A stretch of DNA of 64,000 bases from Nostoc sp. DedSLP01 (lineage in GTDB: Bacteria; Cyanobacteriota; Cyanobacteriia; Cyanobacteriales; Nostocaceae). The DNA is taken from positions 1 through 64,000 of the forward strand of contig JAVRCJ020000029.1 of the NCBI GenBank assembly GCA_034530875.2, in the 5' to 3' direction. This document shows positions 8,229 through 18,708 of the stretch, piece by piece. The position numbers and the translations under genes were made by a program. The notes beneath the pieces were generated by a model. That model was not told the DNA's origin and made no database searches. It saw nothing but the letters and a program-made list of their open reading frames with translations. Each line of letters begins with the position of its first letter. Within the stretch, counting starts at the first letter, position 1.

Positions 8229-9923
8229 ATGCAAGAGTATGATGTTGTGCTGATTGGTGCTGGACATAATGGGCTAGTTTGCGCCGCTTATTTATTGAAA
8301 GCTGGTTATAGCGTCCTGTTACTAGAAAAGCGTTCCGTTCCAGGTGGTGCAGCAACAACTGAAGAGTGTTTACCGCAAGAAGCTCCTGGATTTAAATTTA
8401 ACTTATGCGCTATTGACCATGAGTTTATTCACTTAGGGCCAGTAGTTGAAGAATTAGAACTAGAAAAATATGGTTTGCATTATTTAGAGTGCGATCCAGT
8501 TGTTTTCTGTCCCCATCCTGATGGTAAATATTTCTTAGGGCATAAGTCGGTGGAAAAGACTTGTGCAGAAATCGCTCGTTATAGCGATCGCGATGCTAAG
8601 AAATATGCAGAATTTGTCGCTTATTGGCAGAAGGCTTTAGGTGCAATGATTCCCATGTTCAACGCACCGCCGAAGTCAATTATTGACATCCTTGGTAACT
8701 ATGACATCACAAAACTCAAAGATTTATTTTCTGTCATTGGTTCGCCAAACAAAACGCTGGACTTTATTCGCACCATGTTAACCAGCGGTGAAGACTTACT
8801 TAACGAGTGGTTTGATTCAGAATTTCTCAAAGCACCACTAGCAAGGCTAGCGGCAGAACTTGGTGCGCCGCCATCACAAAAAACTCTGGCGATCGGTGCA
8901 ATTATGATGGCAATGCGCCATAATCCAGGAATGGCTAGACCCCGTGGCGGAACTGGCGCACTCGTACAAGCTTTGGTGAAATTAGTCCAAAGTAAAGGCG
9001 GCGTCATTCTCACAGACCAGCATGTGGAAAAGATTTTAATTGATGATGGCAAAGCTGTGGGCGTGCGAGTCGCTGGCGGTACAGAATATCGTGCCAAACA
9101 TGGGGTGATTTCTAATATCGATGCTAGGCGGTTGTTCTTGCAAATGACAGATAAAAGCGAAATAGATGCAGCCGATCCTGACCTATGGGAAAGATTAGAA
9201 CGCCGCATCGTTAACAATAACGAAACTATCCTCAAAATCGATTTGGCTTTGAACGAACCACTGCAATTTCCCTACCACGAACACAAAGATGAATATCTTG
9301 TTGGATCGATTTTAATTGCAGATTCAGTGACTCATGTAGAACAGGCTCATAGTAAATGTACCTTGGGAGAGATCCCCGATGCTGACCCATCAATGTACCT
9401 AGTGATGCCTAGCTACCTAGACCCGACATTAGCACCAGCAGGCAAACATACTGTGTGGATTGAGTTTTTCGCACCTTATCAAATTGCGGGCGCAGAAGGT
9501 ACGGGTTTAAGGGGTACTGGTTGGACAGATGAATTAAAAAACAAAGTTGCAGACAGAGTGATTGATAAATTGGCGAATTACGCGCCAAATGTGAAAAATG
9601 CAACTATCGCTCGTCGTGTAGAAAGTCCAGCAGAACTAGGAGAAAGATTAGGTGCATACAAAGGAAATTATTACCATATTGATATGACTTTAGATCAAAT
9701 GGTATTTTTCCGTCCCTTGCCAGAAATAGCAAATTACAAAACCCCAATTGACAACTTATTTCTGACAGGTGCAGGAACTCATCCAGGCGGTTCAATTTCT
9801 GGAATGCCCGGGCGCAATTGTGCGCGTGTATTTTTGCAAGCAAAGCATCCCATCAGCCAAACTTTGAAGGATGCAACAGACTCGATTAAGTCTACTATCG
9901 GGTCAGTATTTGGAATTATTTAA
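8229..9923 (+). CDS. crtO: CrtO-type beta-carotene ketolase (CrtI-like FAD oxidoreductase)
   Basis: IGAGHNGLVCAAYL FAD motif, CAIDHEFI, GAGTHPGGSISGMPGRNCA. Confidence 0.85.
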   Translation: MQEYDVVLIGAGHNGLVCAAYLLKAGYSVLLLEKRSVPGGAATTEECLPQEAPGFKFNLCAIDHEFIHLGPVVEELELEKYGLHYLECDPVVFCPHPDGKYFLGHKSVEKTCAEIARYSDRDAKKYAEFVAYWQKALGAMIPMFNAPPKSIIDILGNYDITKLKDLFSVIGSPNKTLDFIRTMLTSGEDLLNEWFDSEFLKAPLARLAAELGAPPSQKTLAIGAIMMAMRHNPGMARPRGGTGALVQALVKLVQSKGGVILTDQHVEKILIDDGKAVGVRVAGGTEYRAKHGVISNIDARRLFLQMTDKSEIDAADPDLWERLERRIVNNNETILKIDLALNEPLQFPYHEHKDEYLVGSILIADSVTHVEQAHSKCTLGEIPDADPSMYLVMPSYLDPTLAPAGKHTVWIEFFAPYQIAGAEGTGLRGTGWTDELKNKVADRVIDKLANYAPNVKNATIARRVESPAELGERLGAYKGNYYHIDMTLDQMVFFRPLPEIANYKTPIDNLFLTGAGTHPGGSISGMPGRNCARVFLQAKHPISQTLKDATDSIKSTIGSVFGII

Positions 9924-9949
9924 GCATTATACGCACAGAGTAACTATTA

Positions 9950-9983
9950 GTAAGACATACATTTATAAAATGTATGTCTTACT
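9950..9983. terminator. Long hairpin downstream of crtO
   Basis: AGTAAGACATACATTT...AAATGTATGTCTTACT inverted repeat. Confidence 0.6.
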
Positions 9984-10174
9984 GATATTTATAGCGTTTT
10001 TAAATTCAATCGAATGCAGCTTGGCAAAATAAATCGAGGATATTTTCTAAGTATTAATTAAAGATAATTCCTTAAGTCCATCTCGATAGGCTGATACGAA
10101 ATCAAGGGTTTTTAAATTAATCAAAAGGGAAATTAGGATTCCAAATGCCATCGCCATTAAATACAAATTAAGGA

Positions 10175-10368
10175 TATAGGAGTCCTATTTGATTTATGAA
10201 AAAATCTCAGTATCTGTAGGGTTTGTTATGGCGTAGCCTAACGCACCTAAATCTTTAACTGATGCCGTACCCTCAGGCTAACGTAACGCCAGTTCCTTCA
10301 AGTCGGGAAACCTGCCTACACGACTGACTCCCCTACCTATATTTTCACCAAATCAAAATGGAAACTAG
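10175..10368. mobile_element. Degenerate MITE-like element related to 62391-62508
   Basis: TATAGGA...ATTTGATT left end and AAATCAAA right end; internal REP-like hairpin. Confidence 0.55.
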
Positions 10369-10629
10369 CATTACAACTGCGATCGCTAGATACATAGCAA
10401 CACAAATCACCGTTTTTTAGCTCAAGTGGCTCTCTAGTAAGCAATTGCTCGATGCGTATTGAATATGTTATTATGCACTAAAATTGAGATAAAAAAAACA
10501 ATTATAAAATTTCAGTAAAGCGTTTTTTTGAGAAAATCAAGACATAAATGAGTAAAAAGTAGTGTATTTTGATAAGATTCAAAAAATAACAAATCTGAAT
10601 AACAGAATTATAAGTTCTGTAGATATAAC

Positions 10630-11373
10630 ATGGTCTTGAGATACGGGGTTGTTGCATCTAGCTTAATAGCTTTTTTTGCGTTTGGCTGTAGTGATGGGGT
10701 AAAGTCATCGACAGCAAATACTACACAATTTGTACAGGAAACTAATGTAACCCAGCTTTTTGTAGAAGCGAAGGCTACTCAAAAAGCAGAGGCTTTGTTT
10801 GCTCAAGGCAATAATTTATTAGATAAACAGCATTACGAAGATGCAATACAGATATACGACAAAGCGATCGCAATGAAAGCTGACATTCCTGAAACTTGGA
10901 TTAATCGGGGGATAGCTTTAACATCGTTGCATCGCTATCAAGAAGCGATCGCATCTTACGATAAAGCGATCGCCATCAAGGCTAACAAAGATGAAGCCTG
11001 GTATAACCGTGGCATAGCCTTAACATCGCTGCAACGCTACAAAGATGCTCTTGCATCTTACGATAAAGCGCTGGTCATCAAGCCTAACAAGTATGAAGCT
11101 TTAACTAACCGCGGTATTGCATTGACAAAATTGCAACGCTATCAAGAAGCGATCGCATCTTATAACAAAGCGATCGCCATCAAACAAAATTTGCACCAAG
11201 CGTATTACAACAAAGCTTGTGCTTATGCTTTACAGGGCAATATAGAATTAGCAATTGAAAACCTAGACCGAGCAATTGAACTTGTTCCTGGAAAGTACAA
11301 AAAGTTAGCTAAAACTGACCCTGACTTTAACAAAGTGCGCAGTCAAAAACAGTTTCAGGAATTACTGCAATAG
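10630..11373 (+). CDS. TPR lipoprotein
   Basis: Lipobox-like AFGC; repeated AIASYDKAIAIK / WYNRGIAL. Confidence 0.9.
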   Translation: MVLRYGVVASSLIAFFAFGCSDGVKSSTANTTQFVQETNVTQLFVEAKATQKAEALFAQGNNLLDKQHYEDAIQIYDKAIAMKADIPETWINRGIALTSLHRYQEAIASYDKAIAIKANKDEAWYNRGIALTSLQRYKDALASYDKALVIKPNKYEALTNRGIALTKLQRYQEAIASYNKAIAIKQNLHQAYYNKACAYALQGNIELAIENLDRAIELVPGKYKKLAKTDPDFNKVRSQKQFQELLQ

Positions 11374-11504
11374 ACGAGTATTAGGGAACCAGTGCTATGA
11401 GGGAACGCTGCTAATATTTTCAGTCCAGTTAAAACAAGAAATAAAATGTCCGTTTGCTTCTCAGATTTTTGATTGCCAGAAGCCAACTTACCGGAGATTT
11501 TTAT

Positions 11505-12110
11505 ATGGCATATACTCCAGCTAAAACACTGAGCTTCGAGGAATTCATCACTGAATATGGGGACAATACACGTTATGAACTAATTGATGGAGAATTAAGA
11601 GACATGGAACCTACAGGCCCTCATGAAGCTGTTGCTGGGCAAATTGCAGGTAGAATCTATGTCGAAATTTTTAATTCTAATTTTAACTGGATAGTGCCAA
11701 AAACCTGCCTAATCAAACCACCTGCGGCTGAAGCTACAGCTTTGCGCCCCGATGCGATCGTTTTAGATCGAGAAAAATTGAGTAATGAACCCCTTTGGCA
11801 AAAAGAACCGATTATTTGTAACGGCAGTACAATTAAATTGGTTGCTGAAGTTGTAAGTACAAATTGGCAAGATGATTATGCCAGAAAAGTGGAAGAATAT
11901 GCTTTTCTGAACATACCTGAATATTGGATTGTAGACTTTCGTGGATTAGGCGGTTTACAATTTATTGGTAATCCCAAACAACCTACCTTCACAGTTTGTC
12001 AATTAGTTAACGGTTTGTACGAACAGCACAAATATCGTCTAGGAGATACTATTTCATCTTATTTGTTACCCAATTTACGGATGAAAATCGACGATATTAT
12101 GCCTATCTAA
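11505..12110 (+). CDS. Uma2 family (DUF820) endonuclease-like protein
   Basis: YELIDG, RPD, VAEVVS, DY..K..EY, IPEYWIVD. Confidence 0.92.
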   Translation: MAYTPAKTLSFEEFITEYGDNTRYELIDGELRDMEPTGPHEAVAGQIAGRIYVEIFNSNFNWIVPKTCLIKPPAAEATALRPDAIVLDREKLSNEPLWQKEPIICNGSTIKLVAEVVSTNWQDDYARKVEEYAFLNIPEYWIVDFRGLGGLQFIGNPKQPTFTVCQLVNGLYEQHKYRLGDTISSYLLPNLRMKIDDIMPI

Positions 12111-12199
12111 GTTAAGACAGAAAGCAGAAGAAAAAACAGCTTGAATCTCGCATTAATGCAAGGAATGTGCTAAAGCATAAATCTCGCCGATTTGCCAAT

Positions 12200-13588
12200 T
12201 CAAGACAGTAAACGTTGCTGAAATTGCAAAGCCTTTTGAGCTTCGGGAATATTTGAAGCTAAAATTTTTACTAGTTCTGCACGAGAAAGTTGTCCCGAAG
12301 ATTTAAGAGTTTTTTGAACTAGAAACTTAGCTATGGGGCCAATTAAATTAGCCAACTCCTGCTCGCACTTTTCCACAAACTTGTCAGTGATGATTTCCGA
12401 TTCTTGGTTTGGTAGATTATTTGAATTAATGGTAGAGCGATCGGATTTAACAGTTAATTCTTGCAGTAAAGTTTGTTTCTCTAGTAAAAATGTTGTTTTT
12501 TTGTGAAAATCAGCTTGTTGATTTCCTCGCAGATGAAGTTCTAATTGACTAATTAATTCTTCGCAACTGCGCGCAGAGGCCGCAACTTGTTGTAATAATC
12601 TTGGGGCAACAGGGCCGACCATTTCTAAGAGAATTTTTTCTAATCGGTTGTAATATTCAGGAGACAAGATAGAACTAGAGGCATATCCAATTGAATTTTG
12701 TTGAGTCAGCGAAGCTTGAGGAGGTTGTGTAAAAGATGAAAATTGAGGCGATTGGAATTCTACTTTGTTATCAAGATGCTCAAGCACTTGTAGAACTTCA
12801 GCAGCAGATTGATAGCGCTGTTTAAAGTGGTGTAAGACCATTTTTGATAACACAGATGCCAACTCAGAACTGACGTTAGCATGATGCTGCCAAGAAATTT
12901 CTCCTGTATCTGGGTCTTCCTCAAAGTTGATTGGATGTAAACCTGTCAGCGCTTGGATAGCAATAACACCCAAGGAATAAATATCACTGTTGGGGCGGGG
13001 TTTACCTTGCCCTTGTTCTGTAGACATGTACCCTGGAGTGCCAATAATAATACTAGCTGTGGTTTGTCCGGGAACTGTCAGCAGTTGAGTTTGCATTTGT
13101 TTGACTGCACCAAAGTCAATCAGCACTAACTTGCCGTCTTGTTGTCGCCTAATTATATTATCTGGCTTGATATCTCGATGAATAACGTTATGACTGTGAA
13201 CAAATTGCAGAATACCTAATATTTGTTTGAGGAGTTCGATTACTCCATCTTGCGTCCAAAGTTGATTGGGGGACAACTCTGCTTTGAGAGTATGCCCTTG
13301 AATGAAATCTTGGACTAAAAAAAACTCTTGGTTGTGTTCAAAATAGGCTAAAAGTCGAGGGATTTGGTTATGGTTTCCCAGTTGTTCTAGTGTTTCTGCT
13401 TCACTACTAAATAGCCGTCTGGCAGTTTCCAGAAATTCAGGGCTGCGAGTTACGGGTTTGAGGTGTTTGACTACGCATTTCGGGAAACCAGGTCGGTGGG
13501 TGTCTTGGGCAATGTAGGTTTGAGCAAACCCTCCTCCACCTAAAACTTGAAGGACTTGGTAACGTCCATCTAATAACTGTCCTAACAT
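12200..13588 (-). CDS. Ser/Thr protein kinase with duplicated C-terminal helical domain
   Basis: LGGGGF, HRDIKPDN, DFG; two L..(M/L)(V/I)GP(V/I)A repeats. Confidence 0.93.
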   Translation of the reverse strand: MLGQLLDGRYQVLQVLGGGGFAQTYIAQDTHRPGFPKCVVKHLKPVTRSPEFLETARRLFSSEAETLEQLGNHNQIPRLLAYFEHNQEFFLVQDFIQGHTLKAELSPNQLWTQDGVIELLKQILGILQFVHSHNVIHRDIKPDNIIRRQQDGKLVLIDFGAVKQMQTQLLTVPGQTTASIIIGTPGYMSTEQGQGKPRPNSDIYSLGVIAIQALTGLHPINFEEDPDTGEISWQHHANVSSELASVLSKMVLHHFKQRYQSAAEVLQVLEHLDNKVEFQSPQFSSFTQPPQASLTQQNSIGYASSSILSPEYYNRLEKILLEMVGPVAPRLLQQVAASARSCEELISQLELHLRGNQQADFHKKTTFLLEKQTLLQELTVKSDRSTINSNNLPNQESEIITDKFVEKCEQELANLIGPIAKFLVQKTLKSSGQLSRAELVKILASNIPEAQKALQFQQRLLS

Positions 13589-13743
13589 TGTGTTACTTGC
13601 TTAAGTCCTCACATTAATCTTGGCACATACCAGCTTTAGCATCTTGCAAAACTATATTTTGCAAGATAAGAAGAAGGGTAAGAGGCAAAGGGAAAAGTAA
13701 GGATCTTTCCTTTCCACTCTCCCGCTTAACCTTTTCCCCAGAA

Positions 13744-14082
13744 TTATTGTGCCCGTTCTAGTTGGTCGTGAATCTCTTTTAACTCAGAAAGAGTACAACG
13801 CAAACGAGGATGTTTGAAGTCTGTCAAGTCAAGCTTGTCCCAAGGGATGCGGTAACCGCCATGAATCTTACGCGCGCCTAGCAAATGTAAAATACTCAAA
13901 CCCAGTCTCCAAGCTGATAAACGCTCTAAAGCTGCGATGGGGCCAGCCAAATATTCCTGAATCACCCATTCATCGCCTTGTTTGTCAACTCTGATTTCCT
14001 CAATCCGCCCGATTTTTTTTCCTTCTGAGTCTAATACTTGTTTGCCTAAGAGCATTTCTAGATGAATTTCATGGCTTGCCAT
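13744..14082 (-). CDS. PRC-barrel-like protein
   Basis: LLGKQVLDSEGKKIGRIEEI...IPW. Confidence 0.8.
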   Translation of the reverse strand: MASHEIHLEMLLGKQVLDSEGKKIGRIEEIRVDKQGDEWVIQEYLAGPIAALERLSAWRLGLSILHLLGARKIHGGYRIPWDKLDLTDFKHPRLRCTLSELKEIHDQLERAQ

Positions 14083-14441
14083 TACTCTGCTCCTGGGATT
14101 TTGCCAATAAAATTATCCTGTAGCCACTTTTCGTAAGCGATCGCAGGTGTCTGTTCGCCATCTAAATCGACATCTACATCAATTCCCACATCCACTACCC
14201 GAGACCAAGGTATGCAAAAAGTCTCACCGCGTTTAGCTCCCCATCGGCTTTGAATCGCTACAACTAAGCGTTCCCAACCAGGATGCAGTCTTCTGGCCAA
14301 CACAGGAAAACCAACCTCGATATAAGCTAAACGTGGCGGCTGACCCTCTCGTAATTCAGCTACAATCCCATCAACTCTACCTATTTTGCATTGATTGCGA
14401 TCGACTAATTGATTATCCAAAACATCTCTAAACAAATCCAT
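14082..14441 (-). CDS. PRC-barrel-like protein
   Basis: LDNQLVDRNQCKIGRVDGI...IPW. Confidence 0.8.
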   Translation of the reverse strand: MDLFRDVLDNQLVDRNQCKIGRVDGIVAELREGQPPRLAYIEVGFPVLARRLHPGWERLVVAIQSRWGAKRGETFCIPWSRVVDVGIDVDVDLDGEQTPAIAYEKWLQDNFIGKIPGAE

Positions 14442-14442
14442 T

Positions 14443-15663
14443 TCACCCTCCCAAAAACTCTAATGGAATTGCCGTAATTGCCAAAACAAATGTCAGGATA
14501 ATAATAAAAATCACAACAGTGTTACTTAACCAGCCATTACGGTGAGAACCTACATAAGATTCATCGTTAAGTAATATCAGAAATGGCAATACAACCAACG
14601 GTAAAATCACGGCTGTTAAAGCCATAGAAAAGAGAGTCAACTGCAATGGGTCAATACCAATTACCATCAGCAGCGCTGCTAGAAATATAAAAATGGTATA
14701 AACACTGCTAAAACGGGCAGCTTGTTTGGGGTGTAAGTTTTCGCCCCAGTTCCAACCGAATGCTTGAGCAACGATGTATGCAGTATCGAGGCTGATTTCT
14801 AAGGCTGCACCCAAGCAAGCAATACCTAATGATGCTGCAAACAACACAAAGCCCCAGTAGCCGAATGGTTGTGTTAAAGTCAGCGCCGCTTGTTCGTAAC
14901 TGTCAACAGCAATTCCTTGGGGATGAAGTACCAAAGCTGCAACTATCAGCACGCCCAAAGATACGATGCTACCAAATCCCATTCCTAGAACTGAAACAAG
15001 ACGATTAATGCCTATGTCCTCTTTGTCCCACTGATTTTCTACAGCACCTGAAGAGTAAAAGTAAAACAAATAGGGACTAATTATAGCGCCCAAAATGCTA
15101 ACGACGATAAACAAATAATGTGAGGTGTCTTCTTGAGGTAAGGTTGGTAATAAACCAGAGCCAATTGCAGTTAATGAAGGATGTAACTTAATAGTTGCAA
15201 AAACAAAAGCAAGGGTAATCAATCCTAATATGGAAATGCCATTTTCAATAATGTCGAAATTGCCTTTCCACAGTAGCAACCAGATGACTAAAGCCACAGG
15301 TAAAGCCCACCATTGAAAACTGATGCCTGTAAGTAATTGCAAAGCAATACAAACGCCACCAATTTCTGCTGCCAATACTAAAAAGTCTACAAAAATTTCT
15401 GCTATTAAAGGAATAATTAAAAAGCGGAATCCCAAACGTTCGCGTACAGCATCCACTAATGTATGTTTGCTGGCAGCTGCTAGACGACCAGACATTTCCA
15501 CTAAAACAATTACACAAATCGTACCCAAAAGGATCGCCCAAATGAGTTGAAAGCCAAAGGATGCTCCGGCTTCCGCTGCTGTGGCGATCGCTCCGACATC
15601 TAAAAAACCTCCTATGCTAGTAAGAATACCCAGCGCAACTTCCAACAGTTTTCCTGATTTCAT
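14443..15663 (-). CDS. NRAMP-related divalent metal transporter
   Basis: Multiple TM helices; FLDVG, EMSGRL and GAIISPY motifs. Confidence 0.85.
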   Translation of the reverse strand: MKSGKLLEVALGILTSIGGFLDVGAIATAAEAGASFGFQLIWAILLGTICVIVLVEMSGRLAAASKHTLVDAVRERLGFRFLIIPLIAEIFVDFLVLAAEIGGVCIALQLLTGISFQWWALPVALVIWLLLWKGNFDIIENGISILGLITLAFVFATIKLHPSLTAIGSGLLPTLPQEDTSHYLFIVVSILGAIISPYLFYFYSSGAVENQWDKEDIGINRLVSVLGMGFGSIVSLGVLIVAALVLHPQGIAVDSYEQAALTLTQPFGYWGFVLFAASLGIACLGAALEISLDTAYIVAQAFGWNWGENLHPKQAARFSSVYTIFIFLAALLMVIGIDPLQLTLFSMALTAVILPLVVLPFLILLNDESYVGSHRNGWLSNTVVIFIIILTFVLAITAIPLEFLGG

Positions 15664-16082
15664 GGCTGGTTACCTACTGTTTTAGCTAGGCTACGAATTT
15701 CCTGTTCTCGTTCGGACAATTCCCCAATTTCTCGAGTTAACGCGTTACGGTCTTGCCGGCCTACAGTCTTTGCCATCTGCTCGACCGTTTCTGTTAGCTT
15801 TTGTACTCGAGCGATTACCGTATTTCGGTTTTCTGGAGGAGCTACTTTTACTAGGGTATCGATTTCTTCGTGAAGTTTTTTTCCGGCCGTTTCCAATGTC
15901 CGTTGGGCGTAGGCTTGGGGAATACTACCCTGTAGCCAGAAGTCACCTACCTTATGGGCGGTTGCTGTCCACGATGTCACAGTCTTTAATTCATTTGCCA
16001 GTTGTTGAGTAGAAGGCTGAGGACTACAAGCCGTCGCAGTAAATAATAATAGTAATAATTCCCAAGCATTGCGCGAACGCAT
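15660..16082 (-). CDS. Putative lipoprotein
   Basis: LLLLLFTATAC lipobox; ATGA overlap with the transporter. Confidence 0.75.
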   Translation of the reverse strand: MRSRNAWELLLLLFTATACSPQPSTQQLANELKTVTSWTATAHKVGDFWLQGSIPQAYAQRTLETAGKKLHEEIDTLVKVAPPENRNTVIARVQKLTETVEQMAKTVGRQDRNALTREIGELSEREQEIRSLAKTVGNQP

Positions 16083-16274
16083 ATAGTCTAGCTTTGCCTA
16101 AGTTTCAAAGTAATAGCTTAGATATATCACTATTATTGATTTTTTCTGCTAACCCGAAGATAGAAAAAGTTTTATTGCAGAAATTATAGAATAATTTAGT
16201 AATTTAGAAGATACTATTAAATATTTGGCAAATCTGCATTATCTTAATACTTGCAAAACTACGCCCACTTCTAC

Positions 16275-16511
16275 TTATGCAGTTTTATTTACAAAATAAG
16301 TGATTCCTCTAAAGTTCAATTTGTAGGCTACTGGTGCTTGAGCAACTTCTACTGCTTGGGAATTAGGATCGACACGATAGCTAGCGCCACGGTACATTAG
16401 ATTGTAAGCTGCCCCAATTTTAGCAGCTGGTTGAAAAGGCTGTTGTGTTTTTTTGCTGCTAGCTTTGGTTTGGTCGTATTCATAGCTGAGACCGCGATAG
16501 TAGAGTTTCAT
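16275..16511 (-). CDS. DUF4278 family small protein
   Basis: Three L.(Y/F)RG..Y motifs; AGGAGG RBS. Confidence 0.85.
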   Translation of the reverse strand: MKLYYRGLSYEYDQTKASSKKTQQPFQPAAKIGAAYNLMYRGASYRVDPNSQAVEVAQAPVAYKLNFRGITYFVNKTA

Positions 16512-16769
16512 AATTTTGCCTCCTGAATAACTGTTGTTGAACAATGTTGATGAGTTATCAGAGGTTAATTCAAGAGTTATGCAAAAGCTAACGTCAACTT
16601 ACAAATTTTAAGTATAATTCGTGCTATTAGCTTTAAAATAAGTTATTTTTGTTACTATTGCTTGATAATTATAACTATTGTTTTTACCTTCTATTTTATA
16701 GAAATAAAGGGAGTTTTGTCTTTGTCGATACGAATTACCTCACCCAATCAAGTAATAAATTAGACTTGT

Positions 16770-16867
16770 TAAGTAGAAGGCAGAAGGCAGAAGGCAGAAG
16801 GTAAAAACCAGTTGAATAGAGGATTTGAAAGATTGACATTTTACATTTAATTATGTCCACCTACTTA
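16770..16867. repeat. Dispersed MITE-like repeat; about 75 bp shared with 32153-32228
   Basis: GCAGAAGGTAAAAACCAGTTGA...ACATTTAATTATGTCYACCTACTTAA; TAAGTAG/CTACTTA ends. Confidence 0.8.
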
Positions 16868-17019
16868 AAACTTTAAGAGTAGAACACTATAAATGTCCTA
16901 CCCCTGATGTTACAAACTAGTTTGTGTTATTAACAGCTTTGTTAATGTCCAAAAATGCGATCGCATTTCCGGCTAGCAGTTTATAAGCGCGAATGCAATC
17001 TTGGCGAACACAGTGCTGA

Positions 17020-17625
17020 CTAGACAAATTTAAAATCTCTGGACACGCTGACATTGGTGGTATCTTGAACGTTAGCAATCCATTCACTGCCATAGTAAAT
17101 TTGTGTGTCTAGAGCCGAAGTGCCGCCATAGTCTGAAAACCCTAAAGAGTAATCACTGGAGCTACCAGTGGTTTCAATGTAATCAGAAATGTCCCAATCA
17201 ACAATGGTAGCGTAACCAAAACCTTGGTAGGAAACACCCCAACTACCGCCAAGAACGAAAGTATCAGAACCAGCACCACCAGATAGGGTATCGTATTCTA
17301 CGCCACTAGTTGCATAACCATCAAGGCGGTCATTGCCGACGCCACCAACGAGGTAATCATCCCCAGACCCACCATAGAGACTGTCGTTGCCGGAGTATGT
17401 TGGATTCAAACCGCCATACAGGGTATCACTACCTTGTCCGCCGTAAAGTTTGTCATCCTGGTTACCACCGTACAATACATCGTCACCATCATAGCCATAC
17501 AGCGTATCGTAGCCGTCGTAATCATTGTAGCCAGAGCCATAGCCTGAAGAGGGATAGCCGTAGATAATATCGCTACCATTAGTGCCTGAAAGTATATCGC
17601 TAAGGGAAGTGCCGTAAATAGCCAT
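17020..17625 (-). CDS. RTX / hemolysin-type calcium-binding protein
   Basis: GGxGxDxL nonapeptide repeats; AGGAG RBS. Confidence 0.9.
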   Translation of the reverse strand: MAIYGTSLSDILSGTNGSDIIYGYPSSGYGSGYNDYDGYDTLYGYDGDDVLYGGNQDDKLYGGQGSDTLYGGLNPTYSGNDSLYGGSGDDYLVGGVGNDRLDGYATSGVEYDTLSGGAGSDTFVLGGSWGVSYQGFGYATIVDWDISDYIETTGSSSDYSLGFSDYGGTSALDTQIYYGSEWIANVQDTTNVSVSRDFKFV

Positions 17626-18708
17626 TTGAGTTTCTCCTGAGAATTTGGATTTTTTATTTGTTGTTAGTAAATTGCTGATTCAGCCAGCGGTTATTGCTGA
17701 TGCATAAAAGGCAATTTCCTCTGCTTGAGAGCGTTAGTTGTTCTTGCGATTTTTTGGATAGCAAATCCTTCATCCTGCCCAAAATTTAAAGTTTTTCAAC
17801 TATGGCACTCATTGGAGTTCATCATTTGCAAACAAGAATTCTCTGTTTTCACGCGATCCCAATGAGCGATATAGCTTAAAGACAACTAGCTATTCTTTTA
17901 ATTCAATTATTTCTTGACACCCAAAAAACCGTTATAGATTGAGTTTGTCGTTTCAGCCCATTCAACTCAACCGAAGCTTAGGAATTTAAGAACTAACTTA
18001 AAGGCTTTCTAACTTCGTCGTTTCTAAACTAGGTAGAGGAATTATTTCAGCCGTTGCCAAACTTTATTACATGCTTCTTTTTCTTCGCTAACTTCGGTAA
18101 AAACCATCTTAACTTCAGCATCTACAATTACAAAACTTGATATTAGCTTGTAGCTCATATACAGTTGCAGTTGTAGCTAACAGAACAATAGCGGTTGCAG
18201 ACATCGCAAAATCTGCCTTGCCTTTACAATAGTTAAAATCTTCTCTGCGTTCTGCCGAAACACCTGAATTACGAACACAGACATCGGTGCATTTGACAAT
18301 ACTTCACCTTGTTTCCATCAGCCTTAGGCTAAAACTCAGCAATTAGCGATCGCCGTTTGAATAACAACCGTAAAATTACTTAATGTGTATTTTATAAGAA
18401 AGCAAGTAACATAAATCTAACTGGATAATTTTGCTTTATTCACCCTTTTAATTCTTACCTGGTTTAGATCTAAAATAGTCCGTTGTATATCTGTTCCCTA
18501 GCATAATTCTTTAAGAAATTCTTTAAATGAGTTCAGCTTTTACCATCGAGACTCGATCGAGATGTAGGTAACTTTGTGCTTTCGTAGCTGAAGTTATTTT
18601 CTCGTGAAATATGTCAGTAGTCTCATGTTTGCTGTTGTATCTTAGCGATGCAATACAGAGAGTTATGCTAATCCATAAAAAATAGATTTCTCAGCTGCGA
18701 GGTTCCCA

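Noticed and set aside
8699..9843. Antisense ORFs within crtO, and similar shadow ORFs in other long genes
   Set aside because: They overlap confident genes and have no recognisable motifs.
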